Notes: generated from the sequence alone by a model not told the origin. Shown: positions 40,821 to 53,592, counted from the stretch's first letter. The stretch: 64,000 bases of DNA from Neoechinorhynchus agilis (GCA_051530055.1 CM121342.1:12167480-12231479), one strand, 5' to 3'. Numbers and translations are program-made.

Positions 40821-42421
40821 GGCAGTTGAACCATCGCTGAATACCGCTAAAGTTGAATAATTTGTACAAATGTGTTTAGCCTCAGATTGTCTGGTCCTTA
40901 ATCCATAAGAATGAAAGTAACAGGTTCCTCGGTAGGTTATTGAGTTTGCCGGGCACCTTGAAACAAAGACTGAGCGACCTTAACGACAAGTGAAAGTGAG
41001 TAGTTCGTCACTAAAACAAATTCAATTATTGACTCTATGAACGATTCATTTTACGATATTTTATGGTCATTTAAAATGTTAACTGTAATAATAATTTTGT
41101 CCATGATAAATTTCGAAATATTAGCAAGTTATCCTTAAAATCACTATAAATGATAAAAAATGTTGAATTTCTAATACGAAAGCCAATCATGAACGAAAAC
41201 CCATGGTATCCCAGAAAGGTTTAAATTATCACAAAGGACAGATTTTGTTGGCAACCGAGTTATTTTTACACGACGTTTAATTCTTCGTAGTAATCATTAA
41301 ATTATTTCTATAAGAAATGAATTAAACGTTGGTTTTTTGCCAAGGTCTGAATTATTTGCACTTACTGTTGGTACAACTCAAGTAATATCCTATCATAAGA
41401 ATAAAGGAATTCGGGATCATTACAATATTCTGGGCCCAGAGATAGATTTTGCTCAGGAGAGATGGTCAGATCGAGAGAGTTGTAAATATTTGAAGATGGC
41501 TTGCAAACACAAGAAGGTGAGATTTGCTCGATTAATGTCCTTATGAAAGATGTTAAATATTGACAGAAGAAGAGAAGGTTTTGAATTATTTAAGGAGAAC
41601 TTGACGGAGAGAAGAGCATGTCGATAGACCTATAAAATGTTGCGTTGATCAGATATTTTCAGGTGAAATGTCGGACGACACATAGATTTTATCGAGGACA
41701 ATAAAAATCGCGTATGAGAGTAGATGAGGTGGCGAGAGAGATTGCAATCCTATTAACCAAAAAAGGTTTTATTAAAGATCTGATCTCGATCAATTTATTC
41801 ACTGTACATCAGAAGCACATACAAACGCTTGCGAGGATGCAATCAGCCGTCGAATGGTTAAATAAGTTCATTTTTTGTGGGTCCAATTTGACCAAATCAA
41901 CGCGGTACTTCTTTAATTGAATTTCTTCTATAACTCGAGGGCAATAGATGGAATCAATCAAATCAGACAAGATGACAACGTTCTCCAGTATGCGATAGAC
42001 GTCTACTAAGTGGTCTGTGGTTTGCATTTTATCACAAGCGACAAATACAATTGACCTGTTTTTAAACGCTTTAAATCAAGCTTGGAATGATCATCGGGGT
42101 TCGTGCAATGTCTCTTAGAGCGAATTGCTTAGAATAACTTGACGCTTTTTCAAGAGGATCTCAAAAATCGATCATGCTCATTTTGAGTCGCAGTAAGGAA
42201 CGAAAATCGACGAATAAACGAGTTACTATTCAAATCTAAGGCTCTAACAGGTACAATGTTTCATGCAATGGATAGCAACCTGACTTCTTGAGTGAATAGT
42301 GGAATAAAAAACAAATTCACAATTTCCCGCTTATAATCTTACAGAACTTCGTATATACAAATTAATTAAGACCGGGCACTAATCGGGTACAAGATTCAAC
42401 TTGGAAATAACTCAGTTGACT

Positions 42422-42753
42422 TTTTCAATGGTTGAATCCATTGCTAGTTAATAAATGGTTGGGCTTTTCATGTTTCTTCCTTTTCCGCATTTACGAAAGT
42501 TGGTATTACTAATCCAAATCCTGATTGAAGAAACCCATTTTTGTTCCAACAACGCGCATTGAATTACTTAATTTTAATTTGTTCTCATCTACAACGATCG
42601 TTGTTACAATCTGACTTTTCTTAAAAGAAAACAATATGATATAAATTCAAGTTTGAAATATTATCAGCATGCAAACAATAAACAATACTTTGTCAACAAA
42701 ATCGAACACTCGAGCAAATCGATTCCATGGTTGATCGAGTTTATCTATTAAAC
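42422..42753. repeat. Segmental duplicate, copy 1 (copy 2 at 53303-53592)
   Basis: About 290 bp of near-identical sequence; copy 1 carries an extra 41 nt at 42621-42661. Confidence 0.9.
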
Positions 42754-43050
42754 AAGTCGAATTTCACGTCTTGGACGAAGGATGCCATGATGAAACCAAT
42801 AGTATTATTTAGCAAAGATATTTGATGATAGAAGCGTAGTCAGCTAAAAACATGATTATAGTGCACCGAGGATTTGGGTTCATTGCAAAATAGTTTTTAA
42901 TTTTTGCTGATGGAACAATTACACTACGCATTAAAATTGCAATGATGTAAAATTATCGACACATCGTCAGTAAACCAGAAGATTGTAATGCACCGAGGAT
43001 AAACAACAACAATGATTTATTCGAAAAGGACGACGATGTATTGTAGGGTT
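42640..43050 (-). pseudogene. Possible decayed M3-M4 region of a Cys-loop ligand-gated ion channel
   Basis: Stop-interrupted frames SLLLFILGALQSSGLLT...VIVPSAKIKNYF (M3/MX-like) and PWNRFARVFDFVDKVLFIVCMLIIFQT* (M4-like W...A.V.D...LF). Confidence 0.3.
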
Positions 43051-43059
43051 GCGATAAAG

Positions 43060-46000
43060 ATTATTTATAGGTGAGACGGAAGCGAAAAGAGTTGAGTGTT
43101 ACAACTGTCAGTTGGAGATCCACCTTCGATTTCGGTCCGCCCAGTCCGAGGAGGGTGCCCAAGGACAAGGGAGTTTTGCGGGATTGCTAAGAAAGGTGCT
43201 TTGGAAGATCTGACGTTGTTCCGGTGGTCGGCCACGAGAAAAAACTAGGCCTGCTATCGCCCAGGAATTCCATACGCTACGACAATGTTTATCGCCAAGG
43301 CCGAGGCGGAGTGCACGCTTCGCCGTGATTGCGGCGACTTTTAGTAGCTTTTAAGTTTGGAGGTTTCGGTGAAAACTTAGTGGTGAATGTGTAAACCAAA
43401 ACATTGAGCTTCCTTGGGATGGTGCCAACCTCTTGATTGAAAAAACTGTAAAATGTTCGCCTTAGGATCTTTTTCCCAAGGGAGGACTTGGAATTAATTA
43501 AGAATTGAGATTTGTGAGGATTGAGGTTAAGCCCCATATGAGGTAGAATATTAGTTAGAAAAGACAGAAGAGAAAGAAGTCTTTTCCGCGCCCTTAAATA
43601 ATTGCCTTCTTTGATGACTGCAGTCAGATCGTCAGCATAAAGTTGCAGACCTTACAATTCCGGGCAATGTATTGCGTAGCGAGACAAAAGAGAATAGGGG
43701 ACAAAGGTGACCCTTGCGGTACACCTTTGTGCAGAAATTATGTATGATGAAGGTGATCATCTTGAAAGAAAGAGGACTTAGCAATGAACTCGATATTCTC
43801 AATGGATAACACATTAGTAGCCTTAAAAGGAGCGGATGCGTTGTTCGAAGACGTTTTACTTTTAGATCCCCAGTATTTTATAATGTATTCATATGAGAGA
43901 TCGAACCTGCGCCTCTTAATAGGTAAGAAGGACAAGGCTAATTTTGAACCAGAACAGCCCAAGGAATGTTCATGACAGAGCGACTATTTAACCGCTGTCA
44001 AATCTACTTCCCTAATCCAATTGGCCGCAGCCGTCTGCCAGGGAAGAAACTTTTTCTTGGCAGCAATGTGCCACCACTGTGACGAGTCACGGTCAAGCTG
44101 GTGGCGGGCACGGCATGGCCAATATAATGAAGACCATAATTTAGTAAGCAGTGTCTCCGACACTGTTGGCCTTGAAGAGTTCCCTCCCGTACAGAGCTAG
44201 AAGATGTGGTCTATCTTTGCCTGCGATGAATCTGGTAATTGGTAATAGAAAAGAGTTACTAGAATCCGCTAAATAGTCATTTAAATCACCTAGAGACACA
44301 TTCTTACAACATGCAAAAAAGAGAGAAGTAGATGTATTAAACAAAAGAATGTTCAGAGACGATAGTTTATAACGTCTGTTTAAAAGCAAATTCTTAGAAA
44401 AGTCCCAAATGAGGGTGTCATGCCCTGAGATAAGAAATAAGGCAGATTGGGATATAACTGTTGGCTTCAAGACAGACAACTTATTTGTCAGACAAAGATC
44501 CAGCGAGGAGCTGCGATTAGACGCGGAAAACGTGGGATATGGAGTGGCCAGAATCACATGTGAATCGTTGACGTGAACAACGGCTCGAATCCATTTACCT
44601 GATGGATCGTTGAAGTCTCCGAACTCTAAATCGATACCGGATGAAAGCAGGTCCTTCAGGATCGCCTTGTTATGAGGTAAATGAACCTTGTTAGGGCGTG
44701 TGTAGAAATTACCAAGTAGAGCGACTCTTCCTTGAACATGGATAAAGAAAATTGCGTAGGAGAGATCAAGAGAGATGAAGCTGGAGACGAGGGAGGACAA
44801 AAGATGAAGTTTGAAAATGGAGAGGATACCCTGGGAGTTCGGGCTGGCAGGAGGGGTAATGACGATAGAAGAGACAAACGTCAGGGACTTGAAGCCGACC
44901 GGTAGGTCTTCACGAGTATAGACGCTTTTAGTCTCCTGAATTAAGACTATCTCATACTTAAGTGCCTTGGCCAAGATTTTAGGAATTCTCAGGCGACCAC
45001 CAGAGTTCCATTGCACTAACCTTAGTTCGGTCATAAACCGATTCTCGCCTTTTTGATGTTGTCCGCTGAACCCTCAGAACAGATCTGTTTTTGCTCCTCG
45101 ATCACTTGACGAACGAACACCTCGTTCATATGCACATCATCGTCAGTCGCGGAAAGATCGCTTGAACAAATGGACGTACGAACACGACTCTTAGCTGGCT
45201 TCTTAGCGTCAGATACTGTAATGGAAAAGGCTCGGTTGATACATTGTTTTAGAGACGCGGAGAGGGCTTCGAAGTGTCTCTCAAGCCGTTTCTCGAAGTT
45301 TTGAATCGCTGACGAGATGCGCAAGTCAACCAACCATCTTCAGGATGTTCGCTGAAAAAGCGATCAGAGCCTGGTCGAGGTGATGCGGGATGTTGGGTGC
45401 AGAATGTACGGATTCAATGGGTTGCGAAGTTGACTGACTCGTGAGGTCGGATCGGATCGAGCCGGACATTGAGCATGTAGAAGCGGGCTGAGTGCCATAA
45501 AGGGTTGCCGTTGAAGAGATTCCTTTGGCTTCCTGGATGGTGTCGATGCGGATTGGTTTTGAGCTCATTTTACGTAATTCTTGAAAGCTGTACATGTTCA
45601 AAAAAATGCGCAATGCCCATCTTTGCCACAATTAGCGCATTTTTTAGATTTGCGCGTACAATTCGCGCTTGAATGCTATCCTGCACAGTATGCACAAATA
45701 CATCGTTTTTACGGACATTGCTGAGCCCAATGTCTCGATTGCTGACACCCAGCACATCGAGGAAAGATGTAATTGTCCAGTTTCGAAATTTCGTTGGGGT
45801 GAAAAAATTTTCCATCCATTGGAAAAAGCATCTTTGGGTTAATAGCGCATCCCTTGTCCCGATGTCAGCCTTCACGACTGCCCTTGGAATCGGAAGTCTG
45901 TTGTTCCGAGACTTGATGAAAAACAGGACTTTACAGCCAAACTTTGTTTCAAAAGCTTTCTTATCGACCTCTTCGATATCTGGAGATAGCCCAGACACTA

Positions 46001-46650
46001 GAAATGTTGAATCAAAAGAGTTGTTCGTAAAGGTAACATTAGGACTTTTAATCGATTCCAAATAGCATTTGTATTGATGTTTATAGATATCATTGGATAG
46101 GTACACCTTCAAATTGCCTGCAAAATATGTGACTTTCATGATTCTCTGACAATCATCGTTGAAAGAACGAAGCCATGGAACGAGATACATTTTATGAGTT
46201 CGAGTCAATCGAGATGGAGTGTGGCCATTTTTGTAATGGAGGGGATATGTAGGTGGGATCCGTTGGGTTTTCAACTGATTTTGTTTCGAGAAGTTTGGGT
46301 TTAGGATTGGATTTATCACTATGATCCATGGAGTTTTTGCCATTGAGAAATAGCTTCATATCTCCGAGAATACTATTCCGGACCTCCACCGGCACATGAA
46401 TTCTCAGAGAAGTGGGTGGCCGTTTGCCACCTTCCGCCAACGACTGAACGTTGGTGCGCATTGACCGAGGATCCGTGTTCGCTAAAAAATAATACGTTTC
46501 ATTATTGATCAATGCAGAGTGGGTATTGTTGTCGGGTTTGGAGCGTGTCGTAAATGGAAGGTAGGGCATCCGTTGCCGAAAATTTGGGCCGGAACCCGAA
46601 TTGCAAGGGCGGTAGTTTGTTGTTGAGAAGTACAAGAAAGCCAGATTTAA
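43060..46650 (-). mobile_element. Degenerate two-ORF APE-type LINE (I/Jockey/R1-like ORF1 with RRM-like regions and three CCHC knuckles; ORF2 APE + RT)
   Basis: ORF1 contains CAGCQQSRHWAQQC, CAYCAG*HSSANC and CANCGKDGH. ORF2 contains VQWNSGG, LIQETK, GDFND, SLDLCLT and SGHD (APE); GVPQGSPLSP, frameshifted YADD and GLNLNPHKS (RT). Several stops and frameshifts. Confidence 0.88.
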
Positions 46651-46839
46651 AACATTTTTCGATGATTTTTAAAAGAGCAGGTTGAATGGATATTGCACCG
46701 AATGATTCGGTGGAAATCGGATGTCCGTTTTTTTAAAAGGATCACTCTGGTAGTTTTTAGGCATAAGGGGTAGATGCCATAGAAAAAACTGTGATTTATA
46801 ATGAGGGCAGGAGGTCTACGAGTTTAGGATGATGTAGCG

Positions 46840-47500
46840 AAGAGCCTAGTTTGGGATTGCGAGGACGGAGAGAAGCTCCAATTTTGCAGACGGTGCTGAT
46901 TGCACGTTTTGCACTTTAACAAATAAAATTTAATGGTTCAAAAAAAGATTATTAGATCTAAAAAATTTTCTTTAGATGCTGTAGTACTTGGTATAGGTTC
47001 TCATGGATGGATTCTAAAGCATTCTTTAGTACAGGCGAGGATAAATTTGGGAAGGGATCAGGGCTGCGTAGACCAATAGAGTCTTTGATGGCCCTCCACC
47101 ATGTTGAATTGTTACCTGAACGAATTTTGGAGGAAAGAAAGTTTTTGTGGACAACAAACATCTTGTGAGATAGTGGTTTTTCTTTGACTAAAGTTAGGGG
47201 ACTTATTGCGATGTGCCTTACATGCTTGATTTGGAAGGAGTTTCAAGATGGGGTTTATCCATCGTGGACCACGGTTTGATATTCTAAAGAATTTTTTGGG
47301 TATTGCTAAAGTTAGGGAATATTTTATGATTGTGGTTCAAACGAAGGGTCATTTGTGTTGTCAGAGTGGAGTGTGTTAATCATAGAATTGAACAATTTTA
47401 TCAAATCGTAGATGTTATGATCCCGTTTATCCCAGACGGGTAAGCGAGGTGGTTTTTGGCGACGAGGTAGTCATTGAGATGTTGATGAAACAACCAGACT
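46840..47500 (-). mobile_element. Highly decayed LINE ORF2 fragment (APE-RT linker region)
   Basis: Fragments KPW..., NNSTWWRAIKDSIG and a DH-containing segment resemble the end of APE and the linker of CR1/L2-type ORF2. Confidence 0.45.
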
Positions 47501-48291
47501 GCGTTTTAAATTTTAGCACGCGTGCATTTTTATTTACATACTACTGTTTTCTTACATTTGCAATTTGAAAAATCGTTATTACAATATAAATTTAGAGAAT
47601 CTGTGAAAAATTGCTCACATAGCATACATTTTCAATAATCGAACACAAAGGTGTTGACTACCTTCAAGTTTTATTAAACGGAGGAGAACCCGCGTCAATG
47701 CCCATCCCTGTGATAATCTAAGAGATAATCCCGAAATAAAATGTTTTGTGTGAGTTCTCTATTGGATCGTTTTATTATCGCACTTTTAGCACGTCCACAA
47801 ATAGCTCTGATTTCTTTTAGAAACTCTATCATTGTTGCAATTGCACTCATTACTCGCATGAAATTTTCGTCGAACGTGATTCTATTTGATAATAATATAA
47901 TAGATCTACTTTAGGTGTCACTGTTGATGCTCACCGCTTAAAAATCTAAGCGATGCTTTCCCGACCTTTTAAGACATTACGAACTGTTTTTGGATTGAAC
48001 TTATATTTTGTACGATTTCGCATTTTTATTTCGACGGTTTAATATTTACCTTTTTATTTATAAGGTCGCAACTAATCACCAAAAATCATGTCCACAAACC
48101 TTGCTCAATTTGTTATATAGAAGTTTTCTCTCTTAGTGGTACTCAAATAACTTAGTTTTTGGTCGCTGCAAAAGAGAATCTTTTTTGAATGCGCTAGACA
48201 TAGATAGTTTCCTTTCATTTACTTCCGAACAATGACAAACCTTGATAATGTCGTAATTATCCGTCGAAATATCGGAAATAAATTAGTGAAC

Positions 48292-49101
48292 TTAAATTCG
48301 GGGTGCCAACACTATCAAAAGAAGGAATCTTTTCCCCCGAAGATAATAATCCAAGGCATATAACGGAGTGTTTAAATTTAGATTTTTTCGTCGTCTGCGA
48401 CGAGAGGAATTTCGCAAAGCTCGTCTGTATAAACTCGAGGGTACCAATTTTAACAATTTTTGCACTTTAAGGTAAACTATGTAACAGTTTCCAGGTTTTA
48501 CTTGGTTTTGTATATTTAACAACAGGACGATTAAGTTTAACGTGGTATTTGCTATCAAAGATTGACCGAATTTTAAATCTTTTAGCATAAAGCAGCTCGT
48601 AATGAAGAACTGTACGACTCCTCCTGAACAATGGACTAGTTCCAAAATATCCGAGAATATCATGCCGTTTTCGTTTGTCACTTTAACATTGGCTGATTCT
48701 GGTACTGTAAGGTGATAAACAGAAAGATTACAGCTGCTGTTTGGGACAAGCATTAGCAGGAAGACTGGGTAGGATTGATTGAACTTGAACAAGAGAAGGG
48801 AGGACCCGTCTCGAAAGAGTCCTGCACTCAGCGAAATTCGTGGTCCGATATTGTTTGCCAGTTGGTCAAAGAGCATTTGAACCAGCGCGTAAGGCAAGAG
48901 GAGTGGGAGGTAAAAAAGACCCTCTGGAGTGTTACTTAGTTGTATTTTAAGTTTACTTAGTTGTATCGGCGACCTGTATCGTGATTTCAGAATTCCAATG
49001 GTTTTTCGGAGAATGTATGCGCTGGTATAGAATAGCCACGTGATGGTAAATACAATCCAGAAGGGAATGGTCGTGTGATCCAATCTGCACCGAGATCTCA
49101 T
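48292..49101 (-). pseudogene. Intronless decayed SLC37/sugar-phosphate-exchanger-like MFS gene
   Basis: N-terminus WIVFTITWLFYTSAYILRKTIGILKS...LLLPYALVQM...GPR is recognisable. Downstream homology (RHDILGYFGTS, GGVV) switches between frames. Confidence 0.6.
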
Positions 49102-49880
49102 GTCCTAAAATGAGGGAAGCGAACTTTTACGATAAGTCATACGATGCGTTTTTATCGACTTAATCGTTTTCGAGAATGTTTTTTCTACCGATACATGCTA
49201 CTGATTTTTTTAGAAATATTTTTGCATAAATCGAATTTTTCACGGAAACAACGCAAATAAGAATGCATTAAATCCATCGCAAGTAAATGTTTGCGAAGTC
49301 TCCGAGTAGAATTCTTTTTAACAAATCCCAGGTAAATGGCGGATATGTAAGTTTATTCCGTATTTAAATTAGAACATTTAAATTTGTTCGATCTAAGCAC
49401 TTAGGACAGAGCCGGGATTATTTCGTCCGCGAATTTTAAAGTGATACGGTTTAGCATGTTTTTAAGAGCCAATCAAGACAACGTCCCAGGTCTTGTCAGA
49501 AAGATTGCTCGTGAGAAATGAGCTTCAAGTTGCGTGTTGACTTTCTAAAATCCCGCTTTTTTAGCAACTTTGCCTGTGGGAATTTATTGTCGCAAACTTT
49601 TGATAATTTCCGCTTTGATCTCTTTGTGAATGAAGTAACTATAGTTTCCTAGTAAAGCATTTGCTTGCGCTTTTCGAACATCGTGATAAAACTTCTTAGC
49701 CGAAATTATAGGCATGTTTTAGAAACAAGATGTATCGATGTTTTGAAAAACTTGTCCGTGTACGTTGATCGATTTGATAACATTGCAGCTAAATGTACAA
49801 TATTTGCTGCCTTTGCCGAATGGATAAAAGTGAGCCCGTAGATCACTTGAAGGTATCTTCTTTTGTGACTTCTGCGATCA

Positions 49881-50384
49881 ATGGCGTTCGTTCACTTACT
49901 TCTCGCTCTCTTCGTTACATCGAAAACGTTTTCTGCGATGGAAATTTCTGACTTAATGCAGACTGGCGATGAACCAAACGGAACAATTATCAAAGAGAGA
50001 GGCTGCGGATGTTTGGCCTGTCAAGAACTTCTTTGTTGTTCAGCCCCAAAAATAATCCACGTGACAACATGTCCACCAACGTGCCGACCACCTTACCAGC
50101 CATACTGCCCACAACCTTGTCCACCAACCTGCCAACCACCTTGCAGACCACACTGCCCACAACCTTGTCCACCAACCTGCCAACCAACTTGCAAACCACA
50201 CTGTCCACCAACCTGCCCACCGACGTGCCAACCACATTGCCCATCAACCTGCCCACCAGAATGTCAAAGTGCGTACCCAGCTCCATGTCACCAATGCCAC
50301 GATGCCATGGTTCAAGGATGCAACATTCCGGCACATTGCAAGTACCAGAATGTTTGCCCACCAAAGGATATTGGTTGCTGCTAG
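49881..50384 (+). CDS. Secreted Cys/Pro-rich protein with strict CXXX periodicity, 167 aa
   Basis: Signal peptide MAFVHLLLALFVTSKTFSA; CPPTCQPPCRPHCPQPCPPTCQPTCKPHCPPTCPPTCQPHCPSTCPPEC; ends in GCC*. Confidence 0.8.
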   Translation: MAFVHLLLALFVTSKTFSAMEISDLMQTGDEPNGTIIKERGCGCLACQELLCCSAPKIIHVTTCPPTCRPPYQPYCPQPCPPTCQPPCRPHCPQPCPPTCQPTCKPHCPPTCPPTCQPHCPSTCPPECQSAYPAPCHQCHDAMVQGCNIPAHCKYQNVCPPKDIGCC

Positions 50385-51239
50385 AAATGGTAAATTTTGT
50401 AGCCATTTCATAGAACAATTAGATAGATGGCAAAATCGTAGAATGCCACACTTAGATGTTAGAACGCAATAAATATTCCATTTAATTCTTTTATTGTCTG
50501 AACTTCGTGGTTTAATCATAATCGTAAAGGTCCCTTTTTCGGTGCCTTTTTCGCCACTTCGACGGCTCCTGAAGCTGCAAGAGACAAGTTGCTGTTAGCA
50601 ATCGTTTTCCGGCAGAGGGCTTCTCTCTCACAAAACTCTGGATGCGCTGCTCCCAAAAACATTCATGGTGTCCATTGCGATTAATGGATAAATTTGTTGT
50701 CCGAAATTGACCTTTGGTTCATCCTGCAACCGTTTTACGGCGTATTCTAATTCCGAGGACCTTTCAGACAGCCAACCATTGATCTTTTTCGGTTTTCCTG
50801 TCTTCAGTATGCCTTATCCGGAATTTATACAATTATGATCTTTCGACAATAGTTCATAACCCGTTTCGATTTGTGTCCACTAAACACCGAAGAAATATCC
50901 AAATCTATGAAGTTCCCTAAACTTTTATTGAATGATGAATCCAACGATAAAGAAAAAGAGCTATGGTATCTATTTTTGAATGTCTGATTGGCCTCAGGCA
51001 AAACGTCATTACCTAAAAATCCATAATGTGCACACTCAAAATGATATATCGCTTTATTGGTTTCCGCCTCTTTAGTAAAACAAACTCCGACCATAGAATC
51101 CGAACCTCACACTGCAAATCGGCCGCTGCTTGTGTACCGCAGATCTGAATTAGATGCAAAATAAATGCTTTATCATATAGAAAGCATTTATTAATTATCG
51201 CCCCTACAATTCGGCTTCTGGGCCAAATTTTCTGAAACC

Positions 51240-52335
51240 GATGCCCTACTTTGTATTTTCAACACGCTCCGACCTCGACAATAATCCCTTTCACGTCACC
51301 CGTCTCATTCAACTTGATTTATCGAAAGCATTCGACCCCGTGGACCATTAACTCCTTCTCCGAGCCTACTTCGATTTTGGTCTCAATTTGCGGCGGATCC
51401 ACTGACTTGCCTCTTAATCATCCTCCTCGATCATCGAATCCCTCGCCATAGGCTTACTTCATGGTGCCGTCCTATCACCACTTACTTTTAATAACCGACG
51501 ATCTCATCCTCATCACTTAATCCCCACCTCTCCTTCTCCTTAACTTCTAACGAAATCGCACAACTTAATTTCTCTAAATGCTTCGAAATAATCCCCTTTC
51601 TTCGCAACCCCCACTTTCCGCCTCGAACTTCTAAATGACATCCAACGAGTCACCTCCCTCAGAATTCCGGGTCTTCAAATTCAATCAAACGTGAAATGGG
51701 ACTCGCACATTAGATTCTCCCTCAAGCGCAATACCTTTAAAATTTATCTCCGTAGCGCCTTCGACATTTAGGAATCCCTTCGCCCTATCTCTCGAAATTT
51801 TACTTCAGCTTTATTTTACCTTCCCTCGCCTAGGGTTATCCCGTCTTCTGCAACCTTTCCCAATCACAAATCCATCGTCTTGAAATGTTTCAAAAAGGAA
51901 CATCTAACATTTGCACATTTGATTTCCCTTGCTCGTCAAATTTCTTTATAAAATTTTCGTCCAAACAATCTAAACGCCTCTCAACCCTACCACCACCAAA
52001 GCAATTTTTACCACATATCGCCCCCTTTTCAGACGAGCACAACATTCGTAATCCTAATTCGTTTCATCTTCCCTCAACCTCGCACCTCCCTATGCCTACG
52101 CTCCTTTTTCCATATTGTCCAATCTTCTCAGATATCAGAACTTGAAATGAACCTGAGGAAAGATCCAACCTCACAAGCTCTCCTGCAAACAATAACCACC
52201 AGTTACCACAACAACGGACATACTCAGGCCGGATATTCCCACCCAAACCGCTATCCCTCTGACCGAATATTCCCACTCGACAGAACCCGTAATTAACTCC
52301 AAAATCAACAGCCGCATTCATTTTTCCCTTCAGAA
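51240..52335 (+). mobile_element. Decayed CR1/L2-like LINE RT and 3' end
   Basis: LDLSKAFDPVDH (~51312) and GLLHGAVLSPL (~51450) RT motifs with frameshifts. The 3' end is shared with copies at 20.4 and 29.4 kb. Confidence 0.8.
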
Positions 52336-52786
52336 GGGCCCAAAAGTACATAGGTTCTCTTTTTTATGCATTTGTAATAAAACGTGTTATTATAAGCAAA
52401 GCCAAATTACTCGATTTACTCTCGATATCATCGACAGTTTGAAAATCAACGAATTGGAACGTTCGATAACTTTGCGATGACGATGTTTATCTTAGCTGAC
52501 ACTTTAACATCTGTCAATTAGGCAACGCATTTCGTTTCAATGCGAGAAAAGTAAGCAACTTTTAATGCCTTTGCGGTATAGATTAGACATATGACGAAAA
52601 TCCGAAGATTGTGAACAAATAATCTAATTTTTACTTTAATCGAAGAATATGTTTAAAATATGATTGTTTCGAAAACAAGTACGATGATCAGTTATCGTCG
52701 ACTGTGTATATAACAACATCTGAGGTATGAAAGGAGCCGATCTTTCGTTCAAAAGTTAACCATCTCGATCTCCTTCGAACGACAAA

Positions 52787-53278
52787 ATGATCGCTCTTCT
52801 TTTCTTGATCGCTTTCACCTCAGTCAGCTGCCGCAATCGTCGAGAAATCGAGATTCACGATGAAGATGGCGCAATAAGTGGAAACAATAGTAACTTCAGT
52901 TTCGTTCGAGAAATGTTAAATCTCGTTGAAGGAACAAGTAAACCGCCTAAATCCATCTTTGTGGTCTTCTACGACTCTGCAATGAATCCTGGTGCTCTTA
53001 ATGAGACTTATACCAAAATTGAGAATGTCTGCCTGAAGGACGAGTTCGTTAACTCGACTCAGCTAAACAAAATTTTCGTGGGACCGTTCACGAAAGATGA
53101 CTCTGAATCAGTACGAAGCAATGTATCGATTGTTGTGCCAGCGTCAAGTGGTCATTCAGACGAACATTTCGGTCATAAATCAAAAGTTTATTGTTGGTCA
53201 AATTTTGATCAAGCATCGTTGACAGTTCTCGACAAGTTCCGAGCGAACTTGACTGAGGAATTAGATGGCGAAAATTGA
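52787..53278 (+). CDS. Orphan secreted protein, 163 aa
   Basis: Signal peptide MIALLFLIAFTSVSC, RNRR furin-like site, several N-glycosylation sequons, intact single ORF. Confidence 0.65.
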   Translation: MIALLFLIAFTSVSCRNRREIEIHDEDGAISGNNSNFSFVREMLNLVEGTSKPPKSIFVVFYDSAMNPGALNETYTKIENVCLKDEFVNSTQLNKIFVGPFTKDDSESVRSNVSIVVPASSGHSDEHFGHKSKVYCWSNFDQASLTVLDKFRANLTEELDGEN

Positions 53279-53302
53279 GTAATTCCATTTACTCAATAGA
53301 AG

Positions 53303-53592
53303 TTTCAATGGATGAATTCATTGCTAGTTAATAAATAGTTGGGCTTTTCATGTTTCTCCTTTTTCCGCATTTAAGGAAGTTGGTATTACTATTCTAAATC
53401 CTGATTGAAGAAACCCATTTTTGTTCCAACAACGCGCATTGAATTACTTAATTTTAATTTGTTCTCATCTACAACGATCGTTGTTACAATCTGACTTTTC
53501 TATCAGCATGCAAACAACAAACAATACTTTGTCAACAAAATCGAACACTCGAGCAAATCGATTCCATGGTTGATCGAGTTTATCTATTAAAC
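53303..53592. repeat. Segmental duplicate, copy 2 (of 42422-42753)
   Basis: Same orientation and near-identical; lacks the 41-nt segment. Confidence 0.9.

Noticed and set aside
41330-42030. Possible gene fragments (CARD-, CCDC134- or LRR-like) on either strand
   Set aside because: Frames and splice phases are mutually inconsistent and no motif was convincing.
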